This document shows positions 49,596-61,200 of a stretch of DNA of 64,000 bases, in pieces. Below the pieces are notes generated by a model that was given only the letters and a program-made list of their open reading frames with translations, was not told the DNA's origin and searched no databases. This stretch comes from Candidatus Kapaibacterium sp. (GTDB lineage Bacteria; Bacteroidota; Ignavibacteria; Kapaibacteriales; UBA2268), in contig OY761611.1 of NCBI GenBank assembly GCA_963664875.1, forward strand, positions 3,456,001 to 3,520,000, written 5' to 3'. The position numbers and the translations under genes were made by a program. Position 1 is the first letter of the stretch. Each line of letters begins with the position of its first letter.

Positions 49596-52500
49596 ATGAG
49601 ATATATAGTAATTCTATTATTAATTGTATGGCATTCAATAGCCTTATCTCAATCTCTCCAGGTTTTCGATATTGACACAACCGACTTCCCAATTATGCGA
49701 GCGAAGTTTTTTGCGACAGATATTAATGGTCATCAGCTGACAGATTTGGATGAATCAGATTTTAGGATTACTGAAAATGGTGAAGAAAGAATAATTAATT
49801 CAATCAGTTGCCCTGAGTCTGTCAGAAATGATTCTCTTTCAATACTTTTTAGTTTCGATATATCAGGCTCAATGGGAGAGAATCCAATTGAAAAATCTAA
49901 AGAATTTTCTCAATTTTTGCTTGATAGAATTACAGTTCCTCCTGATGAAGTAGCATTGCAAACCTGTAATGACAAATCGAGCATATTACTTGATTTCTCG
50001 ACTGATAAAACTAAAATCTCAGAAGTTATTTCTTCTATTACTACAGGTGGTAGCAACGATTTTATTGAGCAATTAATGAATCAAAAAACCGGAGCTATTG
50101 TGATTGCTCAATCAGGTAAGTTTAAGAAACATATTATCTTACTGACTGATGGGTTTTGGAAGAAAATGTCCGAAGCTGAAGAGGCTGAATGCATCAAACT
50201 TATGCAAACAAGCGACATTATATTTCATTGTTTAGTTTTTGAAGAAGTTACAAAGAATAATGACAATGTTATCAATAATTTAGAGCATATTTCATATGCA
50301 ACCGGAGGTGTTTTTAGAAAAAATATCATTACAAGAAATTTAGGATTGCAATTAGCTGACTTTATGGCTCTGAATATACTAGATGATGAGCCATGTATCA
50401 TAGAATGGGTGTCTGAATACAGTTGTGGGGAACAAAAATCCACTCTTAATTTTCAAATACCTGGAAATAATGTTGAATTTAAGTCCAACTATAGCAAATA
50501 TAACGAACAGACACATTTGCTTTTATCACCTCCCATCTTAAATTTAGTAGATGAGCCATTAAATATCAAATGTGAAACTATAGTTAATATTACGGCTATT
50601 TATGACGATATAGTAATAGATACAATTCTCTGTAGCAATTCAAGTTTTGAAATCAGACCAACCTCGTTTTTTATTGAAAAAGGTAATTCTACAAATATAT
50701 TTTTATCATTTACACCAAAAGATAAAAACTATTTATATACTAGACTTCGTTTTGTAGGGTCGGACTTGTGTTGGCAAAATTATGAAGTAACAGCGTATTA
50801 TACAGGTGTAGAATCAGAGAATAAGACATTAGAGATTACCCATCCAAACGGAGAGGAGAAATTTCTGATTGGTTCTGATACACTGATAAATTGGCAAGGG
50901 ATATCATCAAATGACAGGGTAAAGATAGAGTTCTCATCTGACTCAGGCGATACATGGAAAAACTTAAGTCTAACTGCAAATAATTTGTCATATGAATGGA
51001 ATAATATTCCACATGAAACCTCAGACAATTGCTTGATTAAAGTATCTTCTATGTATGATTTACCTCAATGGCAAAAAAGATATGGTGGAAGTTATGTAGA
51101 TAATCTCCGTTCAGTTATACAGACCGATGATCATGGATATATAATGGCTGGAACTTCTCAATCTGTTGACGGCGATGTCTCAGGTAATTATGGTTCACAA
51201 GACTGGTGGATAGTTAAAACAGATTCTTTAGGAAATATAGAATGGGAGCAAAATTATGGTGGTACTGAGAGAGACTGGGTAAGTGAAATAGTTCAGACAA
51301 AAGATAGAGGCTACATTATTGCAGGAAGGACATATTCTTCCGATATAGATGTGAAACATAATTATGGAGCTTCCGATTGTTGGGTTGTAAAAATTGATTC
51401 TGTTGGCAAAATTGAATGGGAAAAATGCTTTGGTGGGAGTAAAGAAGACGAAGCAAGATCTGTTATAGAGACCAGTGATGGCGAATACATTGTTGTAGGT
51501 TATGCTACATCTGATGATGGGCTAGTACAAGGATCACATAATGCTGAACGAGGATTAGGAGATATTTGGATTTTAAAAATAGATAAGCTAGGAAATATTA
51601 AGTGGCAACAATGTTACGGAGGAACTGGTAGGGATTCGCCTGCATCAATTGAAGAAACTCATGACAAAGGGTTTGTTATCGCAGGCTACACCGGATCAAT
51701 GGACGGAGATATTGGTGCTCGCACAAGTTCGGAAGGAATCTTTGTATTCAAATTGGATATGGATGGGACTATTGTATGGAAAAAGATGCTGGGTATTCAT
51801 AATGCTTATACCAATTGCTATGATGTACATCAAACCAGCGATGGTGGTTATATTGTCCTTGGATATTTAGAGTCTTTTTGGCCGGATGCAGAAATAATTA
51901 CCAAAGAACGTGATTGTTGGATACATAAATTAGATAAAGATGGCAATATAGAATGGGTAAGACTATATGGAGGTGATAAAGATGACTTGGGAAGATCTAT
52001 TTGTGAAACAGAAGATAAAGGTTTTATAATTGTTGGATATAGTGAATCAAACCCCGAACACAAACCCTATTCAGTTAGTGATGATTTATGGGCATTCAAA
52101 TTAGATCAAAATGGATTCAAAGAATGGGAAAAATACTTTGAATTTGAAACTACTGAAGAAGGATGGGATGTACACCAAACTCATGACAAAGGGTATATTA
52201 TAGCCGGTAGTCCCATAAGAAAGCAGTCTAGCTATGACTATTGGCTTATCAAGCTATTTTCAGATGATACATATATACAATCAGACACCTCAGACGCTGT
52301 ATTTTCAATTGTTAAACCTGAAGTATCTAGTCAAGACATTTATATGGGAAAAGCAGTAATCAATAAAAGTAAAGATTCTGTAGTAGTAGATTTTATAGAA
52401 AATATAGGTCAATGGCAGTGCAGAATTGATACTATTTATTTTCAAGGAGCAGATTCAGAATTCTTCAGTTTAAATGGACCGCATCCAATCTATACCGTTG

Positions 52501-53639
52501 CTGTTGGAGCAAAACAGATGTCTGAATTTAAGTTTTCACCTACTGAAATTAGAGATTATGCAGCTGAAATTGTGATTATTACTCAGTCAGATACTTTATA
52601 TCAGACAATATCAGGAACTGGCGATGAAGAAACAATATTATCAAATCCTGATATCATAGACTTTGGTATAGTTGATTTATATAAAACAAAAGATTCCTTA
52701 GTTACATTGATAAGAAATGTTGCAACAAAACCAATCGAAATTACTAAAATTGAAATGCTTGGCCCGGATAAGGAGCAGTTTATTTTTAATGATCTAACTC
52801 AGATTCAAGCTTTTACTTTAGCAGGAAACACAGATTATAGTCTAAACCTTCGCTTCAATCCTAAGTATATGGGTAGAACAAGCGGTCAGGTAGCGTTCCA
52901 CTTTGATGGTGCAGGCTCTCCGGCAATAGCTCAGCTTTATGGCGCCGGTATCGGTGCGGAGTTATCAGCTTCTACTGACACCGCATATGTTGGCGATGTC
53001 ATTGGAATAGATATTAGTTTTGATAATAATGATATTGCGAAATTTGCAGAGGTGATTGGCTCATTTGAGGGTGTTGTTCGTGTTGAAAGTAGCATCCTGG
53101 GTGCTTTGCACAAAGAAGATTTGGTAGAAATAAAAGCTGATTCGGCTTATATCAAATTCAAAGGCGAAATCAATTCAGCAAGTAATATCATTGCAACAAT
53201 TCCTCTTAAAGTGGCTCTCGGACGAGTTGAAAGTACATGTATCGACTTTGAATATGTTAAATGGTTCGACACCGAAGGCAATGAGATAGTCTATGACACA
53301 GAATTTACAAGCGGCTTTTTCAAGCAGCTCGGTATCTGCGAAGAGGGTGGTAAACGCTTCTTTAATCCTGATGGAATAGTCGGCATCTCCAACCTCTCCC
53401 CTAACCCGGCCGAGAACCGCATACAGATAGACTTCTCAGTCATCGAAGCAGGTTATACAGAAATAACTTTAGTAAATATGCTTGGGAAAACCGTTGCCAC
53501 ATTTTTTGCTGAAGATATTTCGGATTTTCAAGATAGGCAAATCATAAAAGATGTAACAGACATAGGTTCAGGACAATATATCCTTCAGTTCAAAACACCT
53601 ACATATATAGAAATACGCAAACTAATCATACTAAAGTAG
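49596..53639 (+). CDS. Large T9SS-sorted protein: VWA domain, Ig-like (ASH/choice-of-anchor D) domains, beta-propeller repeats
   Basis: Signal peptide, FDISGSM MIDAS...LLTDG, repeated WxxxYGG..D...QT.D.GYIIAG, C-terminal SPNPA...GQYILQ...RKLIILK. Confidence 0.85.
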   Translation: MRYIVILLLIVWHSIALSQSLQVFDIDTTDFPIMRAKFFATDINGHQLTDLDESDFRITENGEERIINSISCPESVRNDSLSILFSFDISGSMGENPIEKSKEFSQFLLDRITVPPDEVALQTCNDKSSILLDFSTDKTKISEVISSITTGGSNDFIEQLMNQKTGAIVIAQSGKFKKHIILLTDGFWKKMSEAEEAECIKLMQTSDIIFHCLVFEEVTKNNDNVINNLEHISYATGGVFRKNIITRNLGLQLADFMALNILDDEPCIIEWVSEYSCGEQKSTLNFQIPGNNVEFKSNYSKYNEQTHLLLSPPILNLVDEPLNIKCETIVNITAIYDDIVIDTILCSNSSFEIRPTSFFIEKGNSTNIFLSFTPKDKNYLYTRLRFVGSDLCWQNYEVTAYYTGVESENKTLEITHPNGEEKFLIGSDTLINWQGISSNDRVKIEFSSDSGDTWKNLSLTANNLSYEWNNIPHETSDNCLIKVSSMYDLPQWQKRYGGSYVDNLRSVIQTDDHGYIMAGTSQSVDGDVSGNYGSQDWWIVKTDSLGNIEWEQNYGGTERDWVSEIVQTKDRGYIIAGRTYSSDIDVKHNYGASDCWVVKIDSVGKIEWEKCFGGSKEDEARSVIETSDGEYIVVGYATSDDGLVQGSHNAERGLGDIWILKIDKLGNIKWQQCYGGTGRDSPASIEETHDKGFVIAGYTGSMDGDIGARTSSEGIFVFKLDMDGTIVWKKMLGIHNAYTNCYDVHQTSDGGYIVLGYLESFWPDAEIITKERDCWIHKLDKDGNIEWVRLYGGDKDDLGRSICETEDKGFIIVGYSESNPEHKPYSVSDDLWAFKLDQNGFKEWEKYFEFETTEEGWDVHQTHDKGYIIAGSPIRKQSSYDYWLIKLFSDDTYIQSDTSDAVFSIVKPEVSSQDIYMGKAVINKSKDSVVVDFIENIGQWQCRIDTIYFQGADSEFFSLNGPHPIYTVAVGAKQMSEFKFSPTEIRDYAAEIVIITQSDTLYQTISGTGDEETILSNPDIIDFGIVDLYKTKDSLVTLIRNVATKPIEITKIEMLGPDKEQFIFNDLTQIQAFTLAGNTDYSLNLRFNPKYMGRTSGQVAFHFDGAGSPAIAQLYGAGIGAELSASTDTAYVGDVIGIDISFDNNDIAKFAEVIGSFEGVVRVESSILGALHKEDLVEIKADSAYIKFKGEINSASNIIATIPLKVALGRVESTCIDFEYVKWFDTEGNEIVYDTEFTSGFFKQLGICEEGGKRFFNPDGIVGISNLSPNPAENRIQIDFSVIEAGYTEITLVNMLGKTVATFFAEDISDFQDRQIIKDVTDIGSGQYILQFKTPTYIEIRKLIILK

Positions 53640-53842
53640 AAGAATTATAGTCAACAGAGTATTGATAATATATCACAAATACGTCCATTCGCGTATTGTT
53701 AATACCAAATATAATAAATAAATATATACCATATTGTGTGTATATAATATAAATATTTATTTTATGTAAAATATTTCTTGTGTAGATTGTATTAATTATA
53801 TAAATTTATAATATTATATACATTTTAAAATGGAACATCTAT

Positions 53843-54433
53843 ATGAAACTAATGATTATGTTATTTATGTTTATTGTTGGATTCTTTAATATCCAATCTA
53901 CTGCACAAGAACCTATTCAAACCATATGTGTTGAATTTCCTGAAATCGACTACATTCCACTTGATAGTTTACAACTATCTGTCCCAGTCGGAGATACTCT
54001 ATTGAGTGTTGAAGTTGATTTAGAATATCGTGTTACACCTGACTATTCAGAATACTCCATACATGAGTTAAGATTTGCAGAAGACTTAAAGGCTGACTTA
54101 GTAGAAGAAGTTCTGGAAAACACGTTAGCAATGATAGTTATTAATAATCCTGCTAATTTTGATTATGGAGATTGGCGATTAAAGCTACCTGCGTGCTGGG
54201 TAGCCATAATGGATATTTTGAGCTCTTTGCAGGAATGCGTAGACGTGCAGAGATGCATGACCTATACACTCACAGTAGCTGCAAGTGAAAAATGTGAAGA
54301 TGTTTTAGTATACACTAATTTTAGAGAAACAGAATATGATATGTGTAGATCCATTTTTCCAGATAATGCCTGTGAGGGCGTAAGTGTTAGTGTAAAAAGA
54401 GCATTAAGTAGAACAACTTCATCGGAGCAATAA
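53843..54433 (+). CDS. Exported Cys-containing hypothetical protein
   Basis: Signal peptide; several Cys; first gene of the RHS operon. Confidence 0.7.
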   Translation: MKLMIMLFMFIVGFFNIQSTAQEPIQTICVEFPEIDYIPLDSLQLSVPVGDTLLSVEVDLEYRVTPDYSEYSIHELRFAEDLKADLVEEVLENTLAMIVINNPANFDYGDWRLKLPACWVAIMDILSSLQECVDVQRCMTYTLTVAASEKCEDVLVYTNFRETEYDMCRSIFPDNACEGVSVSVKRALSRTTSSEQ

Positions 54434-54434
54434 A

Positions 54435-55265
54435 ATGAAAAGCTTAAAAATATTAGCATTAATTTTTCTGTTTATTATAAGCAGCATAAACAGTTATTCA
54501 GTTGAACGTCAAGTTCAGCCAATTATAGAGAAAGATAACGAGAATACAAAGTTTATAATTTGGGAAATAGATAGTATCGGCAACAGAATACCTCGTTATA
54601 TAAAGTGGAATTCTGCATTATTGAGAGATACAAACAAACGGATGAATTTAACGTATCTATCATACCCTCAATTGGATTCGATAGAAGTGAATTTAATTAT
54701 AACAGATTTTACATCAGACAAAGTCAATGACTTTATATTTGATATCCAAGGATACGATTCTCTTACATCTTCAAGAATTAGTCTGAGTCATGCTATTGCA
54801 GCAAAGGATAGTTTAATAGCTCTTGATACTATTAATATTGGAACGTTTAATTCAAACTTGCAATTTTTTACGAATCAGGAAAGATATGTTGTGGAAACAT
54901 CTGAAGTCTTAAAAAATAAAGAATACAAAATATCTAAATTGTCAATAGATAAGTCTATTGGCATAATAGACACCTCAACTTCAGTACTTTCTGAAAAAGG
55001 GCTAAGCAATGATATTAAAGTGTATCCTAATCCTACAAGTTCTACACTTAATATAGTAATAAACTTAGATGTACAGCAGTTATTTAACTCTCTAGAAATC
55101 GACCTTGTAAATTTAGATGGTCAAATCTTGAACCGGATAATTACAAACGATAATATAATAAACCCAAATAAAATGGATATGAAGAGCTATCCTGTGGGAA
55201 CATATTATTTGTTGATACGATTAGATAACAAGTTAATCCAAATAGAAAAAATAATAAAAATATAG
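54435..55265 (+). CDS. T9SS type A sorting domain-containing protein
   Basis: Signal peptide; IKVYPNPTSS...GTYYLLI...EKIIKI C-terminal domain. Confidence 0.85.
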   Translation: MKSLKILALIFLFIISSINSYSVERQVQPIIEKDNENTKFIIWEIDSIGNRIPRYIKWNSALLRDTNKRMNLTYLSYPQLDSIEVNLIITDFTSDKVNDFIFDIQGYDSLTSSRISLSHAIAAKDSLIALDTINIGTFNSNLQFFTNQERYVVETSEVLKNKEYKISKLSIDKSIGIIDTSTSVLSEKGLSNDIKVYPNPTSSTLNIVINLDVQQLFNSLEIDLVNLDGQILNRIITNDNIINPNKMDMKSYPVGTYYLLIRLDNKLIQIEKIIKI

Positions 55266-55275
55266 AAGGTGAATT

Positions 55276-58200
55276 ATGAGACTCAATAAGCTTTTTATCG
55301 TATTATTTTCAATTATATTACTTTCCTCATTACCGATAATAGCTCAGCAATACGATGCATATCAATCAGCAATGAATGGATTTTCAAATAATTACACAAA
55401 TGGTTCGAAGACCAGTGATGGAACAGTGGCAATCTCAGAAACAAATCTAAACGCTGTTTATTCTTATGAAATTTCCAACTATAATATAAATGATGCAAAT
55501 ATTAATGTGACTCTTAATTATTCCGGTCAGGTTCAATTCTCTTCTTTTGTAGATTATGACACCGAGTGGATAAGAAAGGTTTCGAAGAAACCTGCATGGA
55601 TTGTAGGGGTAAATGGTTTTGCCGTAGATGTACTAAAAGAAAATGGATTGTTCTCAAACCCTGAATGGTTATATAGAACAGACGCACCCTTGAGAAATAA
55701 TTCATATTACTGGGATACTGATTGGTTTAATGAGATCAAAACAGCCTTAACAGAGGATTCTTATGCCACATATGATATAGAATTTTCAAATAAAGATATG
55801 GTATGGATGGTCGATGGATATGATTTCTGTAATGACTTAGAGGAATTAGACAATACCCATGCTTTTGAAACAATATCACTTCTAAGAGCAGACGGAACTT
55901 TACTTCAATTAAGAAACGAAGCTCCAAAAGTTAGATCGGGCAGATATTTTGAGGTCGGAGCAAACAGTACAGGATACGCTTACATAAAAGAAGATGGAGC
56001 ACATAATAGTCTTACTGATGCGGCTTTATATCCGGGTGATGCAATTGGAACAGATGGGTATGCAGATAGAGTAAGGGTTCTTTATTATTATCCTGGGGAT
56101 GGCTATGAATACGTTTTCCAGGAATATATTACTCCTTATGGAAAAAAATATTTCAATCAGGGACATTCCGACGAAGCTTATAGCCTAGGTGAAGAAGGAG
56201 CTTTGGAAGATCCAATTGGTTATGGTAGGCAATCATCAGGGGCTTCTGCTGGTACACCAAAGGTATTTTATTTAGTTCGTATTAATCATCAAAACAGGGA
56301 ACTTATAAGATTACGCTATGAATGGCATTATTCTAATCCTACTGAGCCTGAATTAGCCGATAACCCAAATACATCTGAACATGAAGTTCGTTTTAATGAT
56401 GGTGCCATTGGAAGAGCAGGCATTTCTTATTTTAATCATCATTACTTTAACTGGAAATACAACAAATATACAATAAGAGCTTTTAATAAAGAGTATATTA
56501 TTGATTGTGGAAAGGATAATTTTAATTCTCCAGAAGGTGATCCGTTTCACGTATATTTTCCTAATGTAACATTTTATGGATTATATTATCCAAGACAAAG
56601 TTCAAATCTTGAAAAATCAGCCGGTACTTTTTATAATAGTGGTTGGAAACAGGATGCTGACGTAAAGACTAGTTCAAATGCTGATAATAAGTGGTATGTT
56701 CCATTATATTCCTTGCATTCAATAAATGATTTTGGTAGTTATAATAGAGCTGATAATACGCAATCTCTTACTATGACTCCTGATACCGCCGCATTTGACG
56801 ATGCCTATGACCACCAAGAAATAATTATTGCACCTTATGAATACTTCTTTACTGCGTTGTATTATCCGTCTAAAATAACACAAAAGGTCTGGACATATGA
56901 ATATGAGGATAATGCAGCTGTAAATGATAATTCTGAGCCAGTTGAAGAACGCAATACCTATTTTACTTATGAAGATTATTCTGTGAGGACTCCTCTTGGT
57001 ACTATGAACCAACCCTCCGCTATTAATTTCCCGGGTAGAGCGTGTGGTACTGAAATTAATGCAGTGCTTGACAAGGCAAAAGATGATTATTTCGATGGAA
57101 ATATTTCAAAAGCTAGTCTGAATGTCTATTATACAAATACAGATAAACGAATAATAAAGATTGATGAACCAACTAAAATATATAATTTTGATTACCATAA
57201 AAAGAATGAACCTTATTCTATTCCTGATATAATAAATCCTGATCAAAGTGCCGGTTATACTTTAGAAACAGTTAGTAGCTATTTTACTAACAACTGGATG
57301 GTTGCTACAAATGCAGTCGCAAACTTTTCAATAGTAGATCGAACAACTTTGCAACCGGTGAGAATTACCGACTATAATATAGAAAATTATATGCAAACCA
57401 GTCATACAGTTTATAAAACTGATAAAATTCCATATTGGAATTTATCTGCAGGAGCAGTTAGTTACTCTACTATGGATGAAGTTAAAACTACTACTCAGTA
57501 TGATTACTTTGCTTATGATTTAACGTTGGCGAGCAGCACTACCCCTACATCGACATATAGAACTGTAGCTTTAAGACCAAATTACAAAAAAGTAGAATAT
57601 AATAAGTATTTAGATATTGATAGGGTCAATTTTGTACCTACTACTATAGAAACATCTTATACATACTCATTATTAGATCCTGCAAGTAGTTCTTCTTCTA
57701 TTACATATTGGAAAGATGACATTACATCAATAACAACAACTATCGATGGCAATGAAGTTGACCATAGAGAATATGTAAATACTTATAACGATAATATATT
57801 ATTTGAATATACAGATATGCAGAGTCGTTTTGCAGTTAAGGATCAAACTGTTGAAACTATATATGATAATGCTGGACAAATTCTCAAAAAGAATGTAACC
57901 AAATATCAGTCTCTGATTCCTGAATTCAGTGATGTATCCTTTGACGATACATATGATTATATCGGATATTCTCGACCATTATCGCAAGAGTCATGGGTTT
58001 TCGAGAATAAAATTTATGACGAGAGAACATACTTTCAATATTTTATGGATGCTACATTTTCATACATTCCTCCATTAGGTTGGACTCCCCCTGATATCGA
58101 TTGGGATGCGATATCAATTGGAGATGGATCTAATAATAATCCTTTTTCTAAAATAAAGGAAAATGATGAAACTCTAAATACAAAAAGACCTAAAAACTTT

Positions 58201-61200
58201 GATTATGAATCATGTTTTTGGAGTGAGCAAAAATGGCTACAATGGGATACCACAAAACGAGTAGCCCTTTATCCGATAATTAATATCCCTTATCGTTCTG
58301 AAACTCTTGATGCTAGTGGCCAATTGATTATAGGTCAGGAACAAACAATCAATACATCTGAACTTATTAATTTTGAAGGGAAAGATATTCTGTCATATTC
58401 AAGAGGGAAACCAGTTGCTACATATCGGTTAGTAAATAATAATGGAACAATTGTAAAGGAAAAGACTGATTCCATTCTGTATGCTTTTGGTTATCAAGGT
58501 GGCGGACTTCCGTTCAAACATATAAATGCAAACGGTGCAATATCTGCTAATTACTACTTATATAACCATAAAAATCAAACAACCTTAAGCAGTACCGGAG
58601 GAACAAATCCACAATTTGCAGTTGAAGATTTCTGGAATCCTGAGATTGCAGATTTTGACTCATCACCTTGTGGGTGTGAACCTGATTTATTCTTTACTCC
58701 TGCAGGTATATTGCCAACAAACAGTAATACATTTGTCTTCGATAAGATTGTTGAAACAAGAAACCTAACAACACGAGGAGCTCCTGTCGCGACAAGATAT
58801 TTTGTCAGAAAGTATGCTCCTTTAGATTTACCTGACGAAGATGATGAATATGATGGAATTATATCTATCGATACACCTGAAGAAGTAAAGCTTAACGGTA
58901 AAAATGATATTCAATCTTTTGAGCTTGATGATTCAGGTAATCTACTGTTATCTGAAAAAGATTTAGTAGGAGATGACAAAATTGCATTCTCTTTGAATAC
59001 AATCAATGAGTACAGTCCAACAGGTATTAAGTTATCTACGATAGAACCTAACTTTTTTTTATCAAACTTTACTTATGATAATAGTGATCGTTTAAGTCGA
59101 ATAAACTTGCCATATGATTTTGCTAATCCTTTCTCAGATGAGACAAGCACTTGTTATTCAGGTAATTATTTAAAAATGTCGGCAAACTCTACTGTTATAT
59201 CAACAACTAGGAATTTTAGTTACTTATATTACGTCGATGGAAATACTTGGTATTTAGATTTTTCTGATAATGGATTAACCGATAATTGTAGTTATTATGC
59301 TGGTTCAGGTTATATTGGGTTTGAAAAAAATAGTACAACAAATATACCATTAAAAGAAGTTGTAGATTCTGATGGTAATACTTATAACAAAGCTCCAGAT
59401 TTAATTACCGGTACAATAATTTCTGACTTGGAGAAAGAATTATCTGATGAAGCCAAAGCAGTTGTAACAGTAGATATTCTTTCTTTAGAAAGTAACAATG
59501 GTATAGAAAATACGGATCTCCAAGAGTCTGAATTATTTGTTGAATTTTCTCTGCCACCTGGGTATAATACAATAAATAGTATTAATGACATTTGGATACA
59601 ATTTAAAGATTTTCAAATTTACAAGAATATAGTAAGTACAAATGCAGACCAATTGCCGGGCACATTTTTTCTATCAATCAACTTATTTGACGTAGTTGGA
59701 AGTGTATATGTAGCAGTATCCGGAGTTGAACCTATAATAGCAAAAGTCGAAGCTAATGATATAGTAAGAGATTATACTGAGGATATTAATAGCCACTCTC
59801 AGGAATCGACATTAGATTTAAAAGGACTATTATTTAGCAGTGCTTTTTCTACTGAATTAATGAATCTTCTTAATACACAAGGGCGTGCATTCCTATCATT
59901 CAGAATTATATCATGTGATGAAAATGGTGTTGTCTTTTATGGAACATCTTCTAATATCTCCGTATCATTAGATGGTGATTTTGAAGTGAGCAATTCTTAT
60001 GATCTGGACTTTGTTCGGTCAAACTTTACAATGTGCGATTACACACTAAGAAATATATACTCTCCAATCTTTTTTGGATATAAAAATACTGCATATAATA
60101 CTCTAACAAAAATTGATGATCAGTATAAAAACTTTTTTGCAAGTTCATCTACCACTGGTTTAGATAGTAGATACAGTGAAACAGTAACCCAACTTTTATA
60201 TGATTATAAACCATTTAAAGTTAGACAATTAGATGCATCAGGTAATACAACTACAACAACTTATGCGTTACCTTCTTTACAAAAAACACCATTTGAAACC
60301 GTTGAGATTGCAAATGATTTTCATAGTGGTAAAGAAATAAATACTAAGAATGTATTTAATAGTGATGGTTCTCTGCTTGGCAACATTAGCTCTTTTGGCT
60401 CTACAACGACTGTAACAGAAGAGTATATTAATGCTAGTAACATAAGTTCAATAAGGACTACTTATTCGTTTTTATCTAATACTGCATATGATTTTATATT
60501 TGATAATTTTTATACTAGTACCGTACGTAAAGTAACTACAACAAATAATAATAGTATAAAATCAGAAAAATATTTCAATATATTAGGTCAGTTGATAGTA
60601 GAAATTCAAGATGCTGGCGATGCCTCTAGCCATCTAAATAAAACAAGCTTGTTTAATTATGATGATATGGGCAATATACTTGGGATACTAAATTTAAATA
60701 ATAATAGTGATTACTCTGATGATCAGGACATACTTTACAGCTATGATACAAGAGGTAGAGTTAGTGCGAAATATCAACCTGACTTAGGAATCCAGTCTTT
60801 TATATACGATTCTGTTGGAAATGTTAGGTTTTCTCAAACACAAGAGCAGCATGACAGTAGCAGAATTTCATTTTTTGAATATGATGACTTGAACAGGATA
60901 ACACTTATTGGTGAAGTTGAACTAGAAAAAGAATCTATAGAAAATGATCCTAACTTTGGAAAGACTATTACTGATCACTCAGTAGATAACCATCAACTTA
61001 TCTATTCCTACGCTCGTATGATAGATGCACTTGATCCTTATATAATTAATGATGGTGGTTTTACAGATGCAAATCTCGTAACAGCAAACAGAACTCTTTG
61101 GTATGAAAACAGAGATCATGGTATTGATTTCCCAATCGCACCAGATGAAATTGTTGAATTTGATCAAGGAATGCCATGGATATTAAATGGAATTAAGAAA

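Noticed and set aside
51060-52260. Repeating WxxxYGG units as a nucleotide repeat array
   Set aside because: Diverged protein-level beta-propeller blades, ordinary for T9SS cargo
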